From Octopus vulgaris (Eukaryota): a DNA stretch of 64,000 nucleotides. Under the pieces are notes generated by a model. That model was not told the DNA's origin and did no database searches. It saw only the letters and a list, made by a program, of their open reading frames with translations. Shown in pieces: positions 22,977 through 35,597 of this stretch. The position numbers and the translations under genes are program-made. Numbering within the stretch: position 1 is the first letter of the stretch; every line of letters begins with the position of its first letter. The DNA lies in the NCBI GenBank assembly GCA_951406725.2, contig OX597817.1, positions 127,534,001 to 127,598,000 on the forward strand. The letters run 5' to 3'.

Positions 22977-24680
22977 TATAATTTTTTATCTCATTTTGTA
23001 TGAAGAGATTTCCTAACATGACTAATAGTTGATTAATTTTATTCTTCCGAATACAAAGTTTACGACTATATTCACCTCGAATACGGAATTCGTACGTTAG
23101 AGAATGGGAAAGCTATAATTTATGAGTGAGTTTTGAAGTGTATACATACGTGTATGTCAATATGTACCGTAAATCCTCGAGTATAATCCGCAATTTTTCC
23201 CCAAAATTTAAAGGTTAAAATCCCTAGTGCATACTATATACGAGGTTAAAAATGAAAAATATTTTCTAAGCAATGTCCGAGTCTCTATTTGCTGTCCTGC
23301 AACTTTTATTCAGACGCATTTTGTGATGTCGGGCGCGAAAATACCTTAAGCTAAGCCTGAAAGCAATGAAGTCATAAAAGAATCATAAATAACTTGCAGT
23401 AAGCAACATTTATTAAACATTATTACTGTTATTTCTTTATTTTCTGCAAACAAAATGCACAAAAAAGCTACACGTTTGCATTATGTTATATATACAATAA
23501 TAATAAAGGACGTTATCGTATACATTTTTACAAACCAAGGACGTTATATAGACCTCGTTGACTCAAGTTAGAGAAGGGGTGCGTATTATACACAAGGTTT
23601 AGGTTTTTCAGAGGTACAGCCCCCTAAAAATCCCCTGCGTGTTATACTCAAGAGCGGACTATACTCAAGGATTTACGGTATGTGTTCTATCCCACCAGTT
23701 TGTATTGTACTCTAGACACGCTGAAAGGCATTTGTAGATATTTTGATTTTAAAATACTCATTTTTTTCGAAAGTTATGAGGAAACAAAGCCGACTCTAGT
23801 GAATTTTTTGAATCTTCTGTCCACACTTCCCCGAAACGTCTTTATCACAAGAAATTTAGATATAAGCGGATTCTACGCCATGTGAAACATATTTCTAGAA
23901 AATTTCGTTAAAAAATAACCATTTTTGTGGAAGTTATGAGGAAACAAAGTAGGTGGGGTACATTTGTGTATATATGCCCATTTATTCACCATAAGTAATA
24001 CTAACATTACAATAATTACTATTATGTATCTACATAGCTTGTTTCTCTTCTCTTTCCTTTTGTATGTTACCATATTCAATTATAAAACTGTTGTGTATAA
24101 ACAAAGAATAAACTTCTTTCATTCGGTTTGCACCGAAAGAGTGTCAATACTGTGAATGACATGGGCTCAATTTTTTACGACATATGTAGTTAGTCGTGAC
24201 TAGTCGATCCTTACTTTGTGTTTTTGTTTTATTTACTTTCTTTAAAAAAAATTATTTACTTTGTGTAAAAAAAATTATTTATTTTGTGTTTTATTTACTT
24301 TGCTTGGTAATCGTTGTAGGATCGACTACTTACGACTATCTAGCGCGGATGCGCGAGTGCGCGCACCGGGACCACTCTTCTTAAGTAGTACCTATGTATA
24401 CTTATGCATTTACACTATAGGAATATATGATGCAATGATATCAAACCTATGTCAAACATGCTATCTTAAAGATGGCTTGTTCACTCTAGAATACATACAC
24501 ACACGTAAGTATACACTTCGAAACTCAAACTCATAAATTATAGCTTTCCCATCCTCTAACGTACAAATTGCGTATTCGAGGTGAATATAGTCGTAAACTT
24601 TGTGTTTGGGAAGAATAAAATTAATCAACTATTAGTCATTTCAGGAAATCTCTTCATACAAAATGAGATAAAAAATTATA
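22977..24680. mobile_element. Foldback-like element with ~180-bp terminal inverted repeats (22977-23158 and 24494-24680)
   Basis: TTTTATCTCATTTTGTATGAAGAGATTTCC...TTTACGACTATATTCACCTCGAATAC matches the reverse complement at the right end with few mismatches. Confidence 0.8.
23167..23678. mobile_element. Tc1/mariner-superfamily (Tc2/pogo-like) MITE
   Basis: 25-bp TIR CCGTAAATCCTCGAGTATAATCCGC with 2 mismatches; TA duplication at 23165-23166 and 23679-23680. Confidence 0.88.
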
Positions 24681-25966
24681 ATGAATAAATTCAAAAAAAA
24701 ATGATGAAATGAAATTAAAACAAAGCAAAAATAAAAAATAAACATGAGATGTATCGAAGCGCGTGGGTGAGTTAGAAAACGGAAGTGACTTTTGTCGTTG
24801 CTAAAACAAACAAGTTAAAGTGCTTCGAGATGAGTTTATAATTTAGTTTTCATTCAATATCTTTCTTCATCCCCACCTCCTTAACTACCTGTCTATATAG
24901 TTTCTAGTTTCTTGCTTTGCTTATTAATTTCCCTGTTCTTTTTCGATCAAACACAAGAAAGAAAAGAAAAACAAAACTGACCGTATGCAAATCCGCTAAA
25001 CCTAAACAAGTGCAAACGATTTAAACTTTGAATAAATGTGTCTTCTACGAAGATGATGCGTTTAGACAGACAATTGAAATCATGCATGCTCGTTAATTGC
25101 CGGTGTAGGCCAGCATTAGTTTCCTCTGAAAAAAAACAAAGTACATTTCGTGGTTAAGAAGTTCGCTTAACAACAGTTTGTTTTCGATTTCGATCTTAGC
25201 ACGCTTTTGGTTAGTACTGCGGTTCAACAACTTTAGGGGAGCAGAATTTAGTTGGTAAAATTCCTCACCATGAGAGGGAAAAAATGCCGTTTAACAGACT
25301 AAAAGAAAGTATTTTTCAGCTGTCGGACATGCTAGAAATAGCAGTTAAATCTTACTTTATTTTCCCCTAACAACCTGCTAAGTCTGCCCCTAATTCTACG
25401 ATGCAAATTCCGTTTTAAAGTGATCTAAACTAAAAACTGCCATCAAAATTATATGTTAACTCTCGTTCCAAACACCAGCTTAATAATGACAGTTTACTAA
25501 ATTTTCATTATTTTCGATATTAATTGATTGAAACAGAGGCAGTGTACTTCAGTAGAAAGAGGGTGTCAAAAGGGTTAGAATTCCAAAAAAATTAAAGCCG
25601 GTGAAAAAAAAAAGAATATGATAATGTCGATAATTTACAATAAATTGACAGAAGTGTTTTTTTTTCTCTCTTTCGTGTTATTTTCATTTTTATTTAAAAG
25701 AATTCCGATCAAAGACATGCTTCCTGTTACCATCCTGTGTAATTATTTCCAGGCTATGTGTATCTAGCTCTTTATAAATATTTTGTAATAATTTTGCAAT
25801 ACGAAATGATAGTGGTTTAAGAGCGATTTAGCTGTTGTTTCTAAAAGTTAAGCGGCTGCATAGAACTGCTGATGTGTCTATGTTATGAAAAAGGAGGAAG
25901 ACAGGGATTTGATAAAATGTATTTATATAGCACTGTCAATCCTAAATAGATAGATTTTATTCATGA

Positions 25967-26006
<40 letters not shown>

Positions 26007-26040
26007 AGAAGTATTAGGTGTGATGTACAGATTTAATACA

Positions 26041-26203
26041 TATGAAAGAAAAAAGATGTTCAGAATGCTGGATGGTTGTAAAAATATATATTTCTGATGA
26101 AACTACAGTAGTTGAAAGCGCTAATATGAAGAAATAATATGTGATATGTAAATAAACATATATTTTTACAACCATCCAGCATTCTGAACGCTTTTTTTCT
26201 TTC

Positions 26204-26208
<5 letters not shown>
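26041..26208. mobile_element. Small Penelope-like inverted-repeat element between (TA)n and (TG)n
   Basis: ~49-bp arms (26041-26089 and 26159-26208; TTCAGAATGCTGGATGGTTGTAAAAATATAT matches exactly); hammerhead-like motif in the loop. Confidence 0.7.
26088..26128 (+). ncRNA. Minimal hammerhead-like motif
   Basis: CTGATGA-AACTA-CAG-TAGTT-GAAA-GCGC-TA: core intact, palindromic stem III AGCGCT, stem I imperfect. Confidence 0.55.
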
Positions 26209-26237
<29 letters not shown>

Positions 26238-26466
26238 TTAATTTAGCGCTGAATTAATAACGGGTTGTGATGCTCAGTTTTGTTATTATATTGCTTTCTC
26301 TCTCATTTATAATTATATACATATATCATACCCATATGCAATAGATAGATAGCTGCGTGTTTACATGTAAACACATAATGCAACTTGTACGGAAACTTCG
26401 TGTCCCACTATGTCACTGTCGATCCAATTTACGATAATTTATGCTAATCACGCTTCAGAAATTAAA

Positions 26467-26523
26467 CCAATCAAAATTGCGCTTACAAATGTGGCGGGAA
26501 ATTTGGAGGAAATAAAGTTCGAA
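26467..26523 (+). promoter_or_regulatory. Predicted geminin proximal promoter: CCAAT box, E2F site and CHR-like element
   Basis: CCAAT 26467-26471, GGCGGGAAA (reverse complement TTTCCCGCC) 26493-26501, TTCGAA 26518-26523, 80-140 bp upstream of the predicted ATG; geminin is an established E2F target. Confidence 0.65.
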
Positions 26524-26604
26524 AGAAAAGCAGTAAACACAGCTGTTCGCCATTTGTATTTACTTCTTCGCTTCTGTCTCAGTTCTATATACTAATATCA
26601 AATC

Positions 26605-26628
26605 ATGGGAAAGAAATGCCAGTTGCCG
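26605..26628 (+). CDS. GMNN: Geminin, predicted coding exon 1 (MGKKCQLP)
   Basis: CAAATC-ATG-G start context directly after a cell-cycle promoter; donor GTTAGT; phase 0 compatible with downstream exons; no protein homology support. Confidence 0.6.
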
Positions 26629-26714
26629 GTTAGTTATTACATTTGTTTCTACTTATACTAACATAAAATATATAGTGACACATGTTATAGAATTAATGCT
26701 TGTACAAATATTGT

Positions 26715-26930
26715 TTACTAACTTATGATTTAAATAATATATTTCGCCGTTGTTCCTCCGAAAATGTAGTTCATATTATTACGGCATACCTACACAATTG
26801 TACCCCACCAAACATTCATAAAAAAATTACTAACTTATGATTTAAATAATATATTTCGCGGTTGTATAAACTTTTGTACATATTACGGCATACCTACACA
26901 ATTGTACCCCACTAACTTTCATTAAAAAAT
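26715..26930. repeat. Tandem duplication of ~110 bp in predicted intron 1
   Basis: TTACTAACTTATGATTTAAATAATATATTTCGC and ATTACGGCATACCTACACAATTGTACCCCAC each occur twice. Confidence 0.9.
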
Positions 26931-27202
26931 TGTGTTCTAATGAATTTTTTTACAAATACCCTTCAGATGCTGTATTGGAATTTAATGTGGAAAACAAAAT
27001 TACATACTGACAAATATTTTATTTTTTCAGAATTTCGAGTTATATAGACATAAAGTGTCAGTATGTATTTTTTATTTTCACATTGAATTCCGATATAATC
27101 GTAATTTTAAACCACGTGAAAGATATTTGTGAAAAAGTTCATCAAAACTTCCCTATTTTTCTGAAAGTTATGAGGAAACTAAGTCGGGGACACACTTGTA
27201 TA
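26895..27202. mobile_element. Palindromic MITE-like element (arms 26895-27012 and 27056-27202) enclosing the predicted microexon
   Basis: Arms are imperfect reverse complements; the right arm is homologous to dispersed copies at about 22050-22172, 23690-23790 and 23845-23973 (GAAGTTATGAGGAAACAAAG..GGTGGGGTACATTTGT). Confidence 0.75.
27031..27060 (+). CDS. GMNN: Geminin, predicted 30-nt microexon 2 (NFELYRHKVS)
   Basis: Branch point TACTGAC (27005-27011), U-rich tract, TTTCAG acceptor, GTATGT donor, open phase 0-0 frame; lies within a repeat, so could be coincidental. Confidence 0.5.
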
Positions 27203-30200
27203 GTTTATGCCGCAGTAACCACTAAACGAAAGAATTTATGATACTGGATTAATGTATTTTTAATTCTGATAATTTTTTTTTAATAATTTACTAATTATAT
27301 CGTTGATATTAGGATAAATTATTTTGTCAGTGTTCTATTGTAAAGTTTTTGGATATGTACGTGAACAATACCTTTACAAAATGTGACTACATTGAATTGA
27401 CATGCTGAACTCCGAATATCTACAAAAATTCCTAAGTATGGTGTTCTTTAATCATACTTTAAAGTCGGTTTAATTTTAGTTATCACTGGCTCCCTCATTG
27501 GCTCATGAAGTATTATTTACGTTACACGTAAAATCCCAGAATGTCTAGAAAAATTCTAAATTTTGCTTTTTTTTTTTTTTACTAAAGAAATTCCATTTTA
27601 TTCGTGACAGCTATTCCTAAAATCCGCCAACCATTTTTCGAAACCGCTTTCATCAGACGAGATTTTTAGAAATTTGTCTTGAAATAGACTGAATTGTTAG
27701 CTAGGAGATAATGTGTGGCGTGCTTTTAATTAGTATCCTTTCACGTGAATATGTAAACAGCATGTATTCTTGTACTCATGTTTTAAGAATGCCATTTCAG
27801 AAAAAAAAAAAAAGAAAAAAACTTGGGCGAAACTTAGGAACTGAGACGTAGAAAGTGAAAAATCATTTTCATTTGAATAGTTCTGCTTGTGAGGCATTAT
27901 TATATGCTTCTGTTTGTTAATGTGTTCGTTATTGAATACTTTCATTCTTTATTGTAGTCCAATACACGTAAACTTCTTAAATTGCTTAATCATGCCTTTG
28001 AATGTCACTTTTACAATGAATAATATCAATCTTGCTAATGTCATTGAATTTCTATTGGAATGTAATGTAATTTCTAGAACCAGATATTGTGTTTGTGTGT
28101 AGTGGGGAAATGCTAATGCAGAACTTATGCAATTGATGTTGTTATGGAAACTTGAAACTCCATTGACCTCCTGTGAAGGACTTGTACAGAGACGGTCGTA
28201 TCAGTTTTATACAATGGTATCTCAGTTTCTTACATTAACACATCATAGAAGATCATATTGATAAGTTGAATATAAATGACCAAGTGCAAACGAAAATTAT
28301 TGAAGAACGAAACTATTGAGTAACGAAAGTATTCTATTTCAGCGGTGGTGCCCCAGCATGGCCGCGGCCTTCGGGCTAAAACATTTTTAAGGATTTTATC
28401 CGTTTCCGAGTAGGTTTGTCAATTTTCAAATACTCGAACTCTGTCTTCATTTCCAACCTGAATTTTCTGAAAACCCACTATTTCTTACTGTGATTAGAAT
28501 TGCTATACCTTCTTGAAAAAGAACCGAATTGTATTGGTGATTTACTTCATGCCATTTCAATCAAGTGTTTTTTGTTTTGTTTTTAATACAATCTGTGTGT
28601 ATTGACAAAATAGTCCCTGATATTGGCCTACCACTTCATTGTAGTGTCTAAGAAGGGAACAAACCTGACCATCCATATAGAATTATGAGAGGATGTGTGC
28701 ATAGCTGTGTGGCTATGAAATTCGCTTCACAACTTCATAATTTGGGGCTTGGTTTTGCTGTCTATATGTTAATGCAAGCACATTTTGAATGGAATTGGGA
28801 AAAGGAAACTGAAAACCCAACATGTGCATGCAAGTGTGAATTTCAGTTCTGCAGGTCCTTATTGACACAGTTTGAGTCAAACACCACTGGCAATTCTAAA
28901 GTGATGAAATCTGCTGTAGCTCATTGGAAGTGAGCAAACCAATAGAAAGAAAAATCTCTAAATTCATCATGGGGATGCAATAGCTGTCCATTTGTGTTGT
29001 GTAAGGAAAAGCGTTTATCCTAGCTACTGTTTACTTAGAGTTTCTGTTGTTAAATTTGCTACTATCTCAATCAGAAACTGGTGATGTATCCGTTTCTTCA
29101 AACAAGGTTATGCTTGTTGCATTTTTTCCTTTATTTGATTTTGGTGTTTCATCTTTTGAAAGTAGTTCAAATATAGTCAGTATTAGTGGCACATGAAGCA
29201 AGTGTTGGACAATGTAACTAACTTACTCATGCTATCATGGCATAGAATTAATCTCATTTAAATATGACATATATTATTAATATGGCATTAATCTCATTTA
29301 AATATGACTAGGTCATCATTTAACATCCATTTCCCATGCTGACACATGTTTTCAGGTAATTTGGGTTATAAGCCAAAAACATTTGGAGGAAGATTCCTAA
29401 CGGATGAGTCGATGTATTGATATAAATCATAGAACTTCAAGATGAATGTGAACTGTTTTTGTGCTAAAATAAAAAGTCAAAACTACTTTTTTGGTACCTG
29501 CAAATTTATATTAATTAGACTGCATGGGACAGCTGAGATTAACTTTTTTTTTTTTGTTTGCAATACCTGCATGACCATTACTGATAGTAATTGCATTTTA
29601 TTCATTATTAACATCTTTATTCTCCTTTTTTTTAACTTTATACATGTGCAACATTATTTAAAGCCCATATGACTATTTACGTTAAAGAAAGAAAATTAAA
29701 ACTAAGCACTACATTACAGCCAGTGTTCACAAAGATGCTCCAAATAGTTGTATAAAGACACTGGTTTTGGATATTTTCTGCTCAAATCATTACAAGTCTT
29801 GCCTTTTGACTTATATACAGTTTTTTGTTAGGATCTTAATAGTTAATAAACTTACCTTTTCCTCCCACTCAGCCATTCTCTGTTCTTTGCAGAATAAGAG
29901 AGATTCTTTGCAGGACCTCCAGCCATGTTCAACAGTTGGTTCCACACATCTAGTGGGCAAAAGTGGATTAATTCCTACCAAGGTAATGTTCATTAAATTC
30001 TAAATATGATTAAAATTGCTGAAAAAAAAAAATCACTCTTTAACAGAAAATATATAGAGGCACCCTTTTCCATTTCATTGCATCAAGTCCCTGAGTGATG
30101 CACAATTACTCTAAACCTGCCCTTATCCAGTATCCTTACCTGTCCCACCATCCCTATCACTCTACCTCTCTCTCTTATCAAGACTATTTGTATAGTTCTG

Positions 30201-31730
30201 TTTGCATTCCTCTCTGTCAGTGTTTTTGTCTTGCATGCCATTACTCTCTCTATGCTCCAGGTTGCACAGTCATCCATTGCTTAGTCTTTCCATCTCTCAT
30301 CCCTATTACCTGTCACTCAATCTTTATTATGCAGAGCTGCCACCACTGTCTCTTTCATTACACTCTTCTGTTATCTAATCTGTTATCTCTCATTGCCTCT
30401 ACTGTTACCTACTCGCTCCTACTTCCCTCTACTGTTACTATCTCTCTCCCATTACAATCTGCCATTACTGTCCCTGTCTCCCTATTATATCCTCCTACTT
30501 GATTTCTCCTGTCATATCTCTGGTCCCTTCAACCTGTTCACCTTAACACTTCTATTTACTCTCTTTAGCATATTGCTTTGGATGAGTAGAGATGCCTTAG
30601 GTTATTATGGACTTTTAACCATGTGGTGCACTGGGCAATTTCACTGGTACTTGTGCATGATGAAATGCACACAATACACTCTATAAATAGGCTGATGTTA
30701 GGTGGGGCATCTAGTCATAGAACCTATACCAGAAAGATAATGTTCTTCAACCAAGATGTGGCATTGTTTTTTTTTTTTTTAGGAGAGCAGTAACTCCTAA
30801 TAAAATTTGTCTAGGAACATGACAACCTCTCCAACCAAAGTGGATTAGTGGAATACCCCAAACCTTTGAACATCCAAACTTATCTGCTATCCTGGTCTTC
30901 AGTTGACTTGGTTTCTGTTTATGATTTTCACAGACTGCAAGTAACAAATGATAAAACTGCAAATGATACATGGTATTTAGTATAACTTTAAAATTTTTAG
31001 GCAGATGCAAAGACAAACAAAATGACTTTTGTGGGATATTTACTCTTCTACTGAACAGCCTGCAGATATGTTAGGTATGTTCTCTCCTTTCTGTACATAG
31101 CATCCACCATTCCAAACAGAAACAAGATCTAGTCAGAGAAAGCTCTTGATATCCTTAAAATAGTTGAATGATCAAGGCTGGAATGCCTTTTAGTCATAGA
31201 TCTGTTTAATGTGTTGATTAGGAGGTAGGCAACAGAATTATTGGTGACTTTCAACTTGCAGTTAATTTGTTTCTAATTATCTCTTAATTGAGAACTTGTA
31301 AAACAAATGTTTTCAAAATAAACAGCAAAGGAAAGCAAACTAAGATGCTGTGTATTACAATTTAAGGTACCATTCTGTTGAATTGTAGCAGATATGAAGA
31401 TACTGAGGTAGGAGTTGCCAGCGTAACATAAGAGCTACATGCAAGTTCCTAAAACTATAAAGCTTCTTTTTGCAACAAAATGTTCTTGTAATGTAAAAGC
31501 TTTGAAATCAAAAGCTGTCTGTACTGATTTAACACATTCTCCTATACACTGCAGTTTTAATAGGAAAGACATGGATGGTAGATGTTGTTGAGGCACAATG
31601 ATTGATACTAAGGGGCAGGATTATTGCCTGTATGAACATTTAATATTACTGTCACCACTTCATGGTGATTAGAAAGCATTTGGTTATAGAAGTAGTTACT
31701 CTGACAACCAGTTTCACCCTTGTTATATGT

Positions 31731-31913
31731 CAGTAGTTCTCAACTGAGGTCCATATGGCCCTAAGAGATCCTTATAAGATTTTATTGTCACAATATTTTA
31801 ACAGTTCTTAATCATATTTAATAATTAAAGATGCAGTAGAATTTTTTGGACATTGAATTGCTGAGGGGCCACCCAAGTAAAATCAAAGAGCAAAAAAAGG
31901 TTGAGAACCATTA
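31731..31913. mobile_element. hAT (Charlie-like) MITE
   Basis: TIRs CAGTAGTTCTCAAC / GTTGAGAACCATTA. Confidence 0.6.
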
Positions 31914-32368
31914 TTGTAAGTTATGGATGTAACACAATTAACAAAGATTGTTTTTGTTACAATCCTCTTTATAATGTTAATAATTCCTTGCACAGTTCTG
32001 AGAATAAGGATTATAGGGTAACTGGTATTTGGGGTTTTTTTTTTTGTAAATTTTAATGCAATTATTGTCCTTGAAGCTTCAACTAGCTGCATAACATGTT
32101 CACTTTAGGCTATCATTAGTCTTTTGTTGCTCTCTGCTTGATATTTTCCTCACTCTAACTCTGTTGCAATGTTTCATCATGGCCTTGTTTTGATTTAATA
32201 TTAACATGCTTAAATTAACATTGAGGAAAATGAATCTAGCTAACCTAATGCAAATGCTTCAGTTGAATAAACATTTTCATTTGAATCTTGAATCTCCAAT
32301 TCTGAAATCTTATGCTTAGCATGTTGTTTTTTTTTTTTTTTAGCCAATCATTAACTTATGATTTTTAA

Positions 32369-32568
32369 CCCTTTAGTGTTTAAACTGGCCATATCCGGCC
32401 TAAATATTCAAATGGGCTATACTAGCCTCTCGCACTTAACTTACATTGACACTTTAATAATAAACAATCATCATTGAAACCTCAAAACTGTAAGATAATA
32501 CATGATTAATTAAAAAAATTTGAGTGAAAAATTATTACATTTAACAGAGTAATCTGAACACTAAAGGG
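32369..32568. mobile_element. piggyBac-type MITE
   Basis: TTAA-CCCTTTAGTGTT...AACACTAAAGGG-TTAA. Confidence 0.8.
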
Positions 32569-33936
32569 TTAACATGGGAACAGAGTATTAAACCACCTTT
32601 GATACCTATTTTATCAACTCTGGAAAAATAAAGGTTTGAAATGGACTTCTGCAATTTGAAATTGAAACAAAGGCATGTAATAGCAATGTAAGACATTTTG
32701 TCAAGTGTTCTGTTCATTCACCCATCCACCACTTGTTACTAGCCTTGATTTAATGAGAAGTCACTATGCAGCTGCTTGACTTAACAGAAATAGTAGCTAA
32801 ATCTCTTGCAAATCGCATCCTTCTCTTGTACAAAAGGTGACTTTGGATAATGCAGTCCTGGATTGCCTGTTCTCATAGGAAAGACAGGATGGTCATGGCT
32901 GGAATGCCTTTAAGTCTTTGATGAGAACTGATCTGAATCTAAACACCATTTTGTTTTACAAATATAGTTTGTCTAGAACTGCATCATGAAGTATTTCTTG
33001 TAAGTGGATAACTGGCTGCTATCACATGTATGTTGGAGCCAAATTTTTCCATGTTCACTGTTCCTTACCTCTCCCTTCAACTGCAGGGCTGTTTTGTTTA
33101 GTTAGAAAAATGTATTCAATCTCCTCTGTTGTAATACAGTTACATAATATAACAAGTGAAACCCCCCATACATTTTGATATCAGATGTCCACATTGCTTA
33201 CTTGTCATAGGTTAATCTGATCTGTAATCTGCAAGTGAGCCAATGAGAGAGCTTATACTAGGTTACTGAAACAGGTAAATCTCATCCAAATCACCCTACT
33301 ATCTTAATGTCGCATTGGATTTTGCAGTCTGTATATATGATTCCTGCGAAAAAGACAGTTGTCATAGGGCTGATGTAAAGTAAACAATAATATGGTGGTC
33401 ACTTTGAAGGTCTTAATCCTTTAATGACCAACTTAGAAGATATTGCATTGGACCAGCCAAATTCAAAAATTTTTTTAAATGTCTAAATTGCATATGAGGA
33501 CTCTGATGGTTAAATAGGGAAAGAATACCTGGTTTTATTAAACCATTAAGTTTTCTTGTTCTTTAGCAGCTGCTGAATCTGAGTCTGAAAGAATTTCTGA
33601 TCTTATGCATTTTCTTGTAGCTTTACTTTGTATGTCATCAGTGTGAGACCTAATGATCTATCATCTTATGACTTACTAAAAAGTTCAGATCTTTTTTCTT
33701 GAACCACTATATACAACTTATTCAAACCGTAGCTGTGTGTTTGTAAGGCGGGTTGCTTTTTCTGGAACTGTTATTCAGAGGTAATTATTATGCCTTATAA
33801 ATCATCAAATACAGTAAGTATATTTGGGTGTAACCTCTGTTTGGGTTATATAGGGCTCTACTTTATAAGCTTGTTTTATCAAGGGTTAATGAACCTACTT
33901 GATTTGATTCTTCTTTCAGGTACACGCACCCATATA

Positions 33937-35576
33937 CAGGAGCATAGCTAGGATGGGGCTAGCAGGGTGCTTGCCCTGGGTGCCACTCTGAGTGGGATAC
34001 AATTTAGACCAAGATCATTTTCTAATTAAGCCATTAAAAACATTTAAAAGCCGTTTCAGATTTTGCCATCCATGCCACTAGACAGAATAGGTGTTCTTAC
34101 TTGACCTCACAAATGAATATACACTTTTGTGTGCTACGCAGTTATTTTATTTTGTTCTGTTTTTCTAACAATATAATCTCTTTTCTGTAAAGATTTGCAC
34201 ACTACGGGACTGCTGATCACAATGCTATGGCAATGCTGTGCTATAATGGCTGGCACCAAAGTGGGGTTCAACAAAGAATCAGAAAAAGAACTTAATACAC
34301 TTCAATAATTGTGACAATCGTTCCCTCAGTCTAGCAGGTCTACATGCAGCCAAAAACAAAACAATATGGTTATGATCAACTTCTTTAGCACTGTTGATTT
34401 ACTATTGCCCTGGGAAACTCTTAGGTAGTTAAATATCTGGCAGCTCCATGATGGAGTGCAAGTGCTGCAGTCGGACCAGTGGCGAATTATCTCACCCTAA
34501 TTCAAGTCCTCGGAAAAAATTAGTGATAATGAAACCGAGACTTGATACCAAGAGTAATGCCTGCAATCTCTATAATTGGATGCTCTGCTATGATTTGTTG
34601 AACTTGCTGGGATTCTGGAACAAGACTCTCTCTCTCTCTTTGTCTTGCATTGATCACGTGCAAAAGAGACTTCAGGAGCCCAGTATGAACTTCACTATGC
34701 TGCTGCTGCTATCAAGTCTCTTTGAATTTATTTTGAAGATGGAGAATCTTTGATTTGTGAGTCCCTTGAAGATGGCTTTGCTCTGTGCCAGGAATGGAAT
34801 ATCGATTTTCAGAGAAGGCAAGAAAGATGTCAATCCACTGGTGAAAATATTAAGTACGCTAAACTAACCATGAGGAAAGAGTTGGAATGAACAATGGTTT
34901 AATTGTTTTCAAACTGAAATAGAAGAGTGGTTCACTTGCCTTAACAATACTGACTTTGTTTGGTTTTTCTTCTCGATGTCCGTAGTCTGTACTACGCAAC
35001 TGTTTCTGACAACTCTACCGTTAAGAAGTGCAACTGTCTTGCTTGCATATACAGTTCTGATATTAATGGAGAGCACCTTTTCAAAGAAATATTGAACTGT
35101 AGAATAAATATTGCTGACCACTTGGACAGCCAAAATGATTACAAGGCCAGAAGCCCTCCCTGAATTCATTGTTCAATTTGGAGATGAATGCATTTTTCCA
35201 AATTTGTGACTCAACATACAAATCATGCTGACAATTTCTGTTTCAATTGCCAGCTGTGAGAGGTCTTTCAGCAAGCTGAAACTAATACTTTTGTATATGA
35301 GAACCTCCATGAGCCAACAACAACTCAATTGTCTCGCCCTTCTCAGCATGGAAAGTCATGAATTTGATAGAAAAGGATTTTAGACAAATTATTGATCAGT
35401 TTGCTTCGTTAAGAGTATGGAAGATAAAATTGTAATCTTTTGTCAGTTTTTAATTAAATCTTTTATTGCAATTTTTTAAAACCAGTTATTTTCTCTGTGA
35501 GTTTCGACTTTTTGGTTGGGGTAGAGAGCAATTTTGATGGTTGCCCTGGGCACCATTTACCCTAGCTATGCCCCTG
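33937..35576 (+). mobile_element. Internally deleted, decayed hAT DNA transposon (Tip100/ZMYM1-like)
   Basis: TIRs CAGGAGCATAGCTAGG / CCTAGCTATGCCCCTG; C-terminal dimerisation-domain relic IQIMLTISVSIASCERSFSKLKLILLYMRTSMSQQQLNCLALLSME at about 35215-35355. Confidence 0.85.
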
Positions 35577-35597
35577 TGTGTGTGTGTGTATTTATAT

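Noticed and set aside
30083-30686. Overlapping 97-135-aa ORFs
   Set aside because: Pyrimidine-rich low-complexity intronic sequence with no recognisable domain
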